Shown here one piece after another: positions 37,380 to 48,486 of a stretch of DNA of 64,000 nucleotides. Positions within the stretch are counted from its first letter, which is position 1, and each line of letters starts with the position of its first letter. The stretch is from Felis catus (Eukaryota): assembly GCF_018350175.1 (NCBI RefSeq), contig NC_058368.1:130636001-130700000 (forward strand). Reading direction: 5' to 3'. The notes beneath the pieces are model-generated. The model worked only from the letters and a program-made list of their open reading frames with translations. It ran no database searches and was not told the DNA's origin. Made by a program: the position numbers and the translations under genes.

Positions 37380-38410
37380 CAATAACTCCATTTTTAACTG
37401 GACAAACAGGAAAGAGAATGACAGTGATTCTTAACGCAAGGAAAAAGCCCAATCCGCCTTACACATAACAGAAACATGAATTTACCAAGACGTGTGTGCA
37501 AAGGTCAAACAATTACCGATCTATTTCGGCAAGGGTATGGGGAATTTACTCTCAAGAACTGCTGGTGGAATATAAACTGGCAAAATCTCTTTTGATGCAG
37601 CTCTTAGTATCTATTGGCAAATATAAATGTTTATCTGTGTTTACCCAGTGATTATATTTATCTGTTAAATTAAACAAGGAAGCCATTAAACTGAAGTAGC
37701 TCTAATGCCATGGAGCCCTAAGTATCAAAACAAAATCTAAGCCTGTAAACGCCTTAAGGTTACAAAACTGAAACCTAAGGGCAAACAATCATAAACAGCC
37801 AACTAGACTTTTATCTATAGCCAATCAATAATTTCCTTGGTTTGCTTCCATTTCTTCTCTATAAAAGTCTCTCCCCTTTCCCCTTCAGGCCTCCTCAGTG
37901 GGGTTCTTCTAGCCACTTCTCATGGGGTACTGTCCAATGTGGGCTGATTTTTGTTCAAATAAACACGTAAACATTTTAATACCCCTCATTTTATCTTTTA
38001 ACGGTGCCATTTAGTTTTACTCCTGCAAAAGTTTGCGCAAACAAGAAAATGTGTTCCAGAATTTGTAATGGAGCAAGTTTAAAAAGCTCTATTTAAATGC
38101 CCATCAGGATGTAAATGAGTAACAAACATTCATATAATGCAGTATTCTTTAGTACTGGAAAAGCATGAAAAAGTTCATATATAGAGAAATATTTTTCTAA
38201 GTATATTAAGTGAATAAAAATCAACTTCTGGGATACTACATATATTGTGCTACCAGCTATTAAAAATAAAATTATCTACATAAGAAATAAAAATTTTAGT
38301 GCGACTGAGGCATAGTAGTAAGTGGAAAAATTACACTTAGCTACATCTTTTGTGCCTTTAATAAATTTTGTCACTAACATATAGTAACTATTCATTGATT
38401 TTTTTAATTA
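37380..38410 (+). mobile_element. Old L1ME-like 3' region split by an LTR
   Basis: CTGCTGGTGGAATATAAACTGGC...TAAATGCCCATCAGG...ATATTAAGTGAATAAA. Confidence 0.65.
37663..38003 (+). mobile_element. ERV1-type solo LTR
   Basis: TG start; CCAAT at 37821, TATAAAA at 37860, AATAAA at 37958; ends TTATCTTTTAAC. Confidence 0.78.
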
Positions 38411-39096
38411 AACATTTTTCTTCCTAATGACTGCTACTCTCCTTTTGACTATCAATTTGGATATTCCCTTGGAGCCCCTGCCACTTTAATGTTCATCTGG
38501 ATTACTAACGCAACAGAGAAAGAGAAGGTAAACTGACATTTCTTAAGCATAGCATTGTTTGTTAAGATCAAGTGCTTTGCAAAATGTGCTTTTGCACATT
38601 TACTCTTTATAAAAGAAAAGCAAAAAATGTGGGCGGTGGGGCTATCGGAGCTGTTACTTGCCACTTTGCATACATTCTATTACTTAATTTTTATGAATCC
38701 TGTAGAAGTCTGACTGCCCATAGATCACAAATGACAAGAATAAACTCCAAGCATATTAAAAATACTTCCTAATGTTATCCATATAAAAAATACCAGGACT
38801 GTGATTTGTACTTTTGTTTCTATACACAAAAACATCACCATCAACAACAAGAAAGCAAGAACAAAACAATAGTTCTGTCTTGCGTTATGTCATTTTTGTG
38901 ATTCATTTTTGTAAAAGTTAGGTAAGTAAACTTGTTGATAGTGTTTGGGTCTTCCATATGTTTAATGACTTTCTGTCTAATCTATCAACTAGAGAAGTGC
39001 CATCTAAAATTGTGGATTTGTATTAGTTTTGTTGTTGGTTCATATGTTTTGAGATTCTATGGTAAGGTACACACACGTTTAGAAATGTTATGTCTT

Positions 39097-39315
39097 GGGG
39101 TGCCTGGGTGGCTCAGTCAGTTAAGCATCTGACTTCAGCTCAGGTCGTGATCTTACAGTTCGTGAATTGGGGCCCCATGTCAGGTTCTGTGCTGACAGCT
39201 GAGAGCCTGGAGCCTGCTTCGGATTCCGTGTGTGTCTCTCTCTCTCTCTTTCTCTGCCCCTCTCCTACTCATGCTCTGTCTCTCAAAAATAAATAAATGT
39301 TAAAAAAAAAAAAAA
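39097..39315 (+). mobile_element. CanSINE
   Basis: TSD AGAAA(T/C)GTTATGTCTT. Confidence 0.96.
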
Positions 39316-39468
39316 AGAAACGTTATGTCTTTCTAGTAAATTGACCTCTTTATAATGTAATATCCCTGTTTGTCTCAGATAATGTTCTTCTTCTAAAGTC
39401 CATTTTGTCTGAAACTAATGATGCAGTTGTTCCCACTTTTGTTGGGTTATTGTTTACATTTTTATATC

Positions 39469-40053
39469 TGACAGAATAGGCAGTTAGCTAGAGATGAGCT
39501 GGAGACAAGGGTGGTGGTAAACACTGGCTTTGCGGTTTCCCTCCTCCCGGGGCTATCAGACGAAGAACACCAGGTGCAGAGAGCATACACTGTGTGTATT
39601 TCCAGCCTGTGCCCTACAATAACCTATAGCTTTATTATAATATGTTTACATTGTGGCTTCAACGCCTCTCCCTCTCTCTATAGGGGAAGGCAACCATGAC
39701 AATCCTGGCAAGCGCCTTGTAGAGTTAAAACCTCCCCCACCGCTGACTGATAGGAGGAGTCCATGAGATGACTGGAAACCGAAGTCAGAGAATGCCCTAG
39801 ATATGACCCATAATCTATGCAAACATAAAAGGAAAAGACACCCCTGATCTCAGTGCAGTGGCCACATCAGCTTGCCCACCCTCGCACCTTGAGAGTGTAC
39901 TGTCCTTAATGAACATTTGATAAACTGCTTTGTACTTGCTGCCTTCCTTCCGGCAGTCTTTACTGCAGTGAGGACCCTCATGTAAATCTTTCCTGGGGAA
40001 TCCAAGAACCAAAATTTCTAGGAATATAATAATGCAAACATCTACTGATGAAA
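39469..40053 (+). mobile_element. ERV solo LTR (~585 bp)
   Basis: TGACAGAATAGGCAGTTAGCTAG start, CATAAAA, GAGAGTGTACT, AATCCAAGAACC; TSD TATC on both sides; host L1 resumes afterwards. Confidence 0.8.
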
Positions 40054-40116
40054 TATCCTTCTCCATACTTCTACTTCTACCCTATGTGTGTCCTTATATT
40101 TAAAAGTAGGTTTCTT

Positions 40117-40333
40117 GGGGCGCCTGGGTGGCGCAGTCGGTTAAGCGTCCGACTTCAGCCAGGTCACGATCTCGCGGTCCGTGGGTTCGAGCTCCACGTC
40201 AGGCTCTGGGCTGATGGCTCAGAGCCTGGAGCCTGTTTCCGATTCTGTGTCTCCCTCTCTCTCTGCCCCTCCCCCGTTCATGCTCTGTCTCTCTCTGTCC
40301 CAAAAATAAATAAACGTTGAAAAAATAAATAAA
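40117..40333 (+). mobile_element. Young SINEC_Fc
   Basis: Perfect TSD TAAAAGTAGGTTTCTT at 40101-40116 and 40334-40349. Confidence 0.97.
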
Positions 40334-41078
40334 TAAAAGTAGGTTTCTTATAGGGGAGGTAAGTGTGTCTCATTTTTTTATTCCATGTGAAAATCTGCTT
40401 TTTAATTGACATATTTAGGCAACTTTTCCTTAGTGTAATTATTGATACGGTTGCTTAAAATGTACCATCTTGCTAGCTATTTTCTATTTATTCCACTTCT
40501 TCTTTGACTCCTTTTATACTTTTTAAAATTAGTTTTTATTCAATTTTTACATATGTACTTGGCTTATTATTTGTATCTCTTGCAAAACATTCAGTTGTTT
40601 CCTAGAGTCTACAATATGCATCTTTAATTCATTGTTATCTACAAAAAACTATTTCTTAGAAATGAATTCTAGAAACCATTTTGAAAGCTATTTCCTAGAA
40701 ACAAAATTTTCTTAGAAACAAGTTGAATAAAAAATACGAAACATTTTTATGAAGCATCTGCTGAGATCAGAAAAACTGAATGTGGTAACTTGGGGCAGTG
40801 TCCATCTCTGGGCCTAATATAGTATATGCCACTCTCTTAATGGAGACCTGGCTCAAATAGGTGATCTCTCATTCCTTTTCTGATTTTTCTACATGCCACT
40901 CTGACTTGTTTACATGAGGTTGGGCTTGAAATAAATTCAGCTGTTAGAAGTTCTGATGTGACTCCTGTTTATCTAGACTTCATCTGGGTGGGATCTGGAA
41001 ACCTAAGGATACTTCTACTGGTCTGTCTTTTCTGTGACCTGATTATGCCAACTTGCTGCCACATTCTTTATATTAACA

Positions 41079-43379
41079 TGTTACATTAAAATGTTGGCCC
41101 CAATTTCCCATTCTTTACACTGTCTCCACTCCTCAGATTCATTTACATCCACAAGACTTGGCCAACAAGGGTGCAGGGAGATTTCCCATTCCTTGACCTT
41201 GGGCTTGGCCCTGTGATTTTTGGTATCCAATGAATGTTAGTAGATGTGATACAGAGTTGAAACAAGCCTTTTATGTTTCGTCCGACACGAGAAGAATCGG
41301 CTTCTGTTGGCCCTTTAAACCAACAGGATGAGAGACCAGAAGAGCAGACTTAGAGCTAATTGTGCAGCTTGGAGCCAAGACTAGCTTAAACCAACATAGA
41401 TCAGCCAACTCCCAGGTGATCCACATATATATGACTAAGAATGAAATAATGGTCTTTTAAGCCACTGAGTTTTGTGATGATTTTTATGTAGCATTATTGT
41501 GACAAAGGCTGATTATATAGCTGCTGATAGCTATAAATAGAGTACTGTACTAACCAACATCTGAAACATATTCAATTACAGCTGGGAGTAGGGCTAGGGA
41601 AGAATAAATTGTTATAAGAGGCTATACAAAATGTACCTTATGTTATATAGTGGCTAAATTTTTGGCCTAAGTCACCTGTAATGGTCTGAAAGATAATTCT
41701 ACCTAGTCAACTTTTAGAACTGCAGAAGGATATTTCAAGGAAAGTTCTTGAAAGTGTAGCTGCATTTGACAAGGTATCAAAAGAAAAGAAGTTCAGGGGG
41801 GAAGAAATTAATAATTAAGATCAGGTAGTAACACATATTTAGAGGGAATATAGGAAGCCAAGAAACTTTACAAGTGTAAAATGAAAATGTTTTCCACCAA
41901 ATCAAAAATGTGGCCATTAAAACATCTTTTAGGAAATAGATCAAACTAGATTACCAATAAAAAAACAATTTCAATGTGAAGATCACCTGAATGGTTTGAC
42001 TGTTATGCCTTTTTAAAAGACATCTCAAAGGATTAAGAGGGAACTCAGAATATTATTTCAGCTGAACATGAAGGTTGTTAGAAAGATTATAGACATGGTC
42101 GCACAGAATCCTGAAGTGCAGAAAGTACTCAAGATTAAGTTTAGAGAGAGATGCATGTCTAGTATAAAATTCCCTTTTAGCACATTTAGCTGGTTGAAAT
42201 CAAATATACAGAAAATCAACGTCATTTTTGAGAGCACTATATTGGCAAATGTGCTACTAGGCTGAAGTAAAAGAAACTAAAATTGTTCCAGATGTAAAGG
42301 TGACCTCTGGGTTTCCAACTTTTTATAGCAAAAAATGAGAGTAGAAAATTTTCAACTGTCAAAAAAACTGTTGTCCGAAGTTCTCTTCAGTAGTATAAGG
42401 AGTATGATAAGAAAGGGAGAACTTCCCAATGGGCATATCCAAGAGCCTTAGAAAGGCTTAGAAAACAGTGTACTAGAACTACCCTCCACTGGAGCACAGC
42501 CAGCCTCAATCAAAGTCGTCCCTTACATCTGAACTAAGGATTGCCTAGCAGGATTTCAGAAATGATATTAATCAGGGACTACTTTATGGATCTCATCTTG
42601 CCTTTGTCAAATGGGAATATTTAGGTGTTTTTGTTTGTTTGTTTTGGTCTCTGTTCTACTTCTATAAGTTGAATGTTTTGGAGACAAGTAACTTTTAAAA
42701 ATTCATAGTTCCCTAGATTAAGATAACTACATCTGGACCTGCCAAATCTGCTAGAAATTATAGCAACAACTTGAACTTCAGGCATACAAAGTTCAAGCAT
42801 ATAAATTTCTGTAATAAATTATAGCAGTAACTTCAACTTCAAGCATAATGCTCTGACTAGATGAGAACTTTAGTATTGGAATGCATTTTCTTTTATGTAG
42901 AAGAGAAATAAAAATTATAGTCAAGTGGTTGGACTGCTTAAGACCCAATTATTATTCCAAATTATTTTCACCCTCTAGTCACTGATCTTTGCATTTTGAA
43001 TTGGTAATTCTTCTCACTGGAGGCAACATATACTTCCCCAGGGTTGATTTTAGGCTCATTCATCTAACTTTCTTTGGCCAATGGAATTTGAGAAGATATG
43101 ATGCTGGGAAAGACTTGGAATGATTTGTTAGGTTTCGCTTGTTTCTTGAGCTTCTTCTACCTTATGAGAAGGTATGAAACCGCTATCTCACTGGTCCAAG
43201 AAGGAAATGAAACACATAGCCCAGATGCGGCTATAACCTATAGCTGAGGTCATCTGAGCTTGATTACTTTGGCTGAATTCCCAATGTATGAATAAGAGTA
43301 AATATATATTTTTTTATGCCACTGACTTTGGGGGTGGTTTTGTCACACCATGCTTTCAAGACAGTGGCTAACTGACTCA
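41079..43379 (+). mobile_element. Second two-LTR MaLR (MLT1H/I-like): LTR ~41079-41519, internal, LTR ~42935-43379
   Basis: Both LTRs share CCAATG(G)AAT and (A/T)GCCACTGA.TTTG; MLT-internal-like sequence lies between; no clean TSD. Confidence 0.72.
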
Positions 43380-43559
43380 AAGTAAAAGGAATATTGGAAT
43401 TACCAGAGTGTTGGCTATGCTTGTCTTTCCCTCCAATCATAACTATTATTCAACTCTATCAACTAATGGCTATACAATAATAATAAGGTAAGGTGTTTCC
43501 TATAAGGCATAAAGACTTAATTTAAGGATGAAATAATTAAGAGTAGGTAGTATTTGTAT

Positions 43560-44960
43560 TGGTATATATAGATTGAACCATAAAATAGTCTGGAACTAGA
43601 TCATGCTTGTAGGGATTTATATATGGATATCATATTAATAAGTCAGTTGAGGATGTACTGACATGTACTAAGAAAATTCAGTATTCTTAATGAGAAAATG
43701 TTATTACTTAACATACATGAAGTCAAATTCCATACACATTGAAAACCTAAGTATAGAAATAAAATGTATAAATCACTTAAAATAAAATATTGAAGATTAT
43801 ATTATGACATTGGAATAGAAAATAATTTCTTAAACAAGACATAATGGCAGACGTCCTAGAAAATGACAAGTGTGACAAGATTCAAATTACAACTGACACT
43901 GTCTATAGCCTAAAAACAAGAGAAACAAATTTGGAGAAGGTATGTGTACTCTTATAACTGACAAATGAGAGGCGCCTGGGTGGCTCAGTTGGTTAAGCAT
44001 CTGACTCCTGTTTTCGGTTCAGGTCATGGTCATGCGTTTCATGAGTTTGAGCCCCTCATAGGGCTGTGCTGGCAATGTGGAGCCTGCTTGGGATTCTCTC
44101 TCTTTTCCTCCCTCTCTGCCCCTCCCCCTCTTGCTCTGTCTCTCTCGAAATGAATAAACTTAAAAAATAAATAAATAAATGACAAATGATTACTAAGTTG
44201 ATAAGATAAAGAAATACTTCAAATGAGAAGTAAAGATTAACAACCCAATTTAAAAACAACCTAGAGAAAGAGTTATAAAAGAATAATTAACAAAGGGAAA
44301 AAATGAAACAGTTAAAAATGTCAAAAAATATGCTTCACTTACCAGTAATCACATACATTATAATTAAAACAAGAGATAATTCACATCTACAAACTGGCAA
44401 AAATTTAAAATGTGATCATAGCAAATATTGTTGAAATGGGAACTCTTATGTAGTAATGCTGATAGTATACATTTCTACTTCCACTTAGGGAAAAAATATT
44501 TCTCCATAACTGGTATACTTTAAAGTGTTACTAATATTTGATCCAGCCATACCTCTTTCTATTATCTAGCCTACAGAAACTTCGACACGCATGCAACACG
44601 TACAGGGTGATTCAATTGTGCTTCTCTTCCCCTCTTTGACAGAAGTAAAACAGTGAGAACAACATAAATGTCCTCAGTAGGAAAAATAGATAAAAACTGC
44701 TCAATTCATTACGTAGAATGTTACATGAGAGTTCAAGTATATGAACCTGAACTATCTACCAATTCCAAAATAATCACCCCAGTTGGATAGAGACGGAGGT
44801 TAAAGGGCTAAAATGGTGTGGCTTTAGTTCTTTAACTTACTCAATTTCAATATATATAAAAAAAAATCAACAGATATGTCAATATCTATTCTCTATGGCA
44901 CATACATACACATCCCTTATTCTGTACTTTTCTGTATGATGAATTTCATAACCAAAATTA
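43560..44960 (+). mobile_element. Old L1M 3' part
   Basis: TTTCTTAAACAAGACA...ATTTGGAGAAG...AAATTTAAAATGTGAT...AAATGTCC. Confidence 0.7.
43969..44178 (+). mobile_element. CanSINE (older subfamily)
   Basis: TSD TGACAAATGA. Confidence 0.94.
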
Positions 44961-45149
44961 TAATTTCAAGCAAAAGACAAATGTAGTCTTATGATAAGTC
45001 ATTAAAATTATTAGAAACAATTTATATACAATAGTAATTAACTGAACATGCAAATAATGGTGCTTCAATATGAAGAGTCAAAGTGGCAAAAATGAATTTT
45101 ATTCAAATAAGGGAGATTGTTTTGAATATTTTCCAATCATGTAGCATCA

Positions 45150-45825
45150 AGGAAAAATATTGAAGTTAGAGCCAGAAGACTGGATTACAATGGCAGCTCT
45201 GTCATTTATGAAGTATGGGAGTTGGGGAAATTTCAGTTCACTGCTGTGAACCCATCTCAGTTTTCTCATGTCAAATGAAAAGGTGAATCATAATTTTGAA
45301 GATCCTTTCAGGTCTGATGAATAGATTAAATACCTACTCTGTGTTTTCTGTTTCATGTAGAAATAAAAGATGTAGCTAAAGGCAAATAACAAATATACAC
45401 AATTGATACCAGTTTAAAATATTCAGATTTGTTTAGGATCCCAAATGAATAAAACTATAAAAGCACAAAGAACAAAGAAACTGGAGACAAGTAAATTTGA
45501 GCTAAAACCCCATTTGGCCACTTAATATTTTTATGTTCTTGTGTCTAAGCTTTTTTTTTTTTTTTTAATCTATTCCATGGAAGTGATAATACTTTTTTAG
45601 GACTGTGGAAGGATTTAGGACAATACATGAACGTGTCTATCCTCATTCACTTTTTTGTGCTGTTTTGTTCTATTTTTAGAGAGAAATCTTCAAATTGGGT
45701 GGTACTTCAGAGAAAGGCATTTACCATTAACTGGCTGTGTTTTCAGCAATTTGCTAAGCCTTGTTAGGCAGAAGTTCCTCATCTATAAAATAAAAATACA
45801 AAGCCAGATTGTTTATATCTTATAG
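45150..45825 (+). mobile_element. Cluster of three MIR fragments (~45150-45325, ~45480-45640, ~45705-45825)
   Basis: AGAGCCAGAAGACTGG...CTCAGTTTTCTCAT; GTTCCTCATCTATAAAAT core. Confidence 0.55.
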
Positions 45826-46534
45826 TTCAAAGATTAACAAAATTGCATCAATTTAACTCGATTATTCAACTGTCTATCTACCTTGGGTTTCTATTGTGAT
45901 TGGAATTACCAAAGCTTTCTCAGGCACATACAAATTATTTAATGTTATTTTGTTACTGTAGACATACAGGTAAGAACTCTGCAAAACTGTGAGAGCAGGA
46001 TCTAGACTTGAACTTTTTAGAAATTAAATAAATCAACTTTGTCTTAACCTAGCTATCAGTAGTAATAACACTGGTAATTATATTGAGGAAAGTATGCAAT
46101 TAAAATTAAAGTAATTATAACAATAGTTTTACACTAAAAGTCAAGGGTATTTTTTTTCTTTTTCATTCACCTCAACATTAGTATTACTGCTTAACTAGAT
46201 TCTGACAGAATTGGATTCATTTACTGCGTGGAAAGCCCTCAACTATTTTAATCCTCATTTAATTCATAGTAGAAAATCTTACCATAAAAGGATTATTAAA
46301 ATCTTGTGTAACATATTTTCATTATAAAACACTATTTTAAAACTCAGCTTCTGGTATGGTATCTAATTACTATAAACTGACAAATACACTGTTAATGATA
46401 GAGTCATAAAATACAAAGTTAGCCTTTAAAATAAGTGGGCTCTACGTGTTGGTTTTTTCTCCGATAATTTGGATAAAGCCATGGCATGAAATCCTTGTAC
46501 TTCCTGATTATTAAATTTAAAAAATTTTACTGGA

Positions 46535-46750
46535 GGGGCGCCTGGGTGGCGCAGTCGGTTAAGCGTCCGACTTCAGCCAGGTCACGATCTCGCGGTCTGT
46601 GAGTTCGAGCCCCGCGTCAGGCTCTGGGCTGCCGGCTCGGAGCCTGGAGCCTGTTCCCGATTCTGTGTCTCCCTCTCTCTCTGCCCCTCGCCCGTTCATG
46701 CTCTGTCTCTCTCTGTCCCAAAAATAAATAAACGTTGAAAAAAAATAAAA
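46535..46750 (+). mobile_element. Young SINEC_Fc
   Basis: Perfect 17-bp TSD TAAAAAATTTTACTGGA at 46518-46534 and 46751-46767. Confidence 0.97.
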
Positions 46751-47055
46751 TAAAAAATTTTACTGGAAAATTCCCTATCTTTGGTATGAGGCTATATATA
46801 AAATGAAAATAAGTTAAGATTGCTCACCTAATATCACAACTTTCCAAGTAGTAAAATAGGTTTTCAATTTATTGATGACTACTGTGTTTGGGATCTTTAC
46901 ATTTATTATCTTTAATCTTTGTATTATATTAGTCATTCAAGTAGATGATATTATTCTCTTATTGCTACAGAAGGAAGTGAGATGTAGATGTTACTTACTA
47001 ACTGTAACCACTTAATAGGTGGCACAGGAACAACAAGAAACTAATTGTTTAACTA

Positions 47056-47291
47056 TTTTATTTTATTTTATTTTATTTTATTTTATTTTATTTTATTTTT
47101 ATTGTATTTCAGATTTATTTTTGAGGGGGAGAGTGTGCGTGGGGGAGGGGCAGAGAGAGGGAGACAGAGGATTCCAAGGAGGTTCTGTGCTGACAACAGG
47201 GAGTCAGATGTCGGGCTACAACTCATGAACCCTGAAATCATGACCTGAGCTGAAGTCAGACGCTCAATTAACTGAGCCACTCAGTTGCCCC
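47056..47291 (-). mobile_element. CanSINE with a (TTTTA)n tail
   Basis: TSD GTTTAACT; lies within an antisense MIR-like stretch. Confidence 0.94.
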
Positions 47292-48064
47292 GTTTAACTG
47301 CTTTTAAATTTCATACTTTTCCGTGGCCCCATGCATCCTCAATAATGATGTGGCATCTGAGGAACAAATGCTAGAATTTTCCAGAGAGTTGTATCAAAAA
47401 AAGAAAAAAAAAAAATGGGATGGCAGTTCAGTGTTCCTAGTCTGAGAAAGCAAGGAAGAATGCCTCTACCTAAGGAAATGGAGCAAAAAAAAAAAAAAAA
47501 AAAAAAATCCCAACAGGTAAAGAAGGAATTATGTATTCAGGACTGAGACTCCATGCATATTTGCTGCAGGAAGTGAATGAATCTGGGCTGGATAAGTTGG
47601 GACTCTGAATAGGTGTGAATGAAATATGACTCATTGGTAAAGTGAGTTGAATGAATGAATAAATGAACAAACAAGTAAATAGGACTGTAAATAACTTTTA
47701 GATCTCATGAACTAAGTTTTTCTGACTTTGCCAGCTGAAGTAGCATCCAGCCTCCTTGGCTTCTGCTGCCAGAGAGATGGTAGAGCCTCAGTTTCTTCGG
47801 TCCCTTCCTTTCTGGTCTTTTTCTTCAATATTCACCTCTTGTTATCTGTTCATTTTCTCTTGTAAAATTTCTTCATAAAACACAGTTGATGTGATAACAT
47901 CATATCCTACTAATCCAAGGGAATTTTTCCCACCCTGGTTGAAGACCCTATGTCTGAGAGATACAGAGCTCTTACTTACATTAAACATGATTATGTTGTC
48001 ATCTCGGTGTTTCCCCCACCATTTTCTAAATATTCTGATTTTTGTTAAAAAGTGAGAGAGGTGA

Positions 48065-48278
48065 GGGGTGTCTGGGTGGCTTTAACTGGTTGAGGGTCTA
48101 ACTCTTGATTTCAGCGCAGGTCATGATCTCACAGTTCGTTGGATTGAACCCCATGATGGGATCTAGGGTGACAGTGTGGAGCCTGCTTAGGATTCTCTCT
48201 CTCCCTCTCTCTGCCCCTCCCCCACTCTCTCTCTCTCTTACCGTCTCTCTCTCACAAATAATAAACATTAAAGAAAAG
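48065..48278 (+). mobile_element. CanSINE (older subfamily)
   Basis: Typical head, body and CT tract. Confidence 0.93.
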
Positions 48279-48446
48279 AGAGAGAGATTGAGACAGAGGC
48301 CAGGTCAGGGCTTTCCGATTTTGAATCCAAGCATCCTTTTATTAAATAATAACATTTTACCTAATACTTTAATATCTTTATTTCAAAATACATAAATTAT
48401 TGATTATAAATAACATCAATGATTGAAATTGACATTTGAGATTTTG

Positions 48447-48448
<2 letters not shown>

Positions 48449-48484
<36 letters not shown>
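48449..48484. repeat. (GT)18 microsatellite
   Basis: Direct read. Confidence 0.99.

Positions 48485-48486
<2 letters not shown>

Larger units (their letters stand above)
38920..40640 (-). mobile_element. Old L1M (ORF2 5'/endonuclease region) hosting two SINEs and an LTR
   Basis: Reverse L1 motifs CTTCTAAAGTCCATTTTGTCTGA and TGTACCATCTTGCTAG; sequence is continuous across the inserts. Confidence 0.75.

Noticed and set aside
45962..45969. TAG|ACATACAG|GTAAGA 8-nt microexon-like pattern
   Set aside because: Poor pyrimidine tract and not a multiple of 3; likely chance.
46535..46620. tRNA-like A/B boxes
   Set aside because: tRNA-derived SINE heads followed by SINE body, A tail and TSDs; not tRNA genes.
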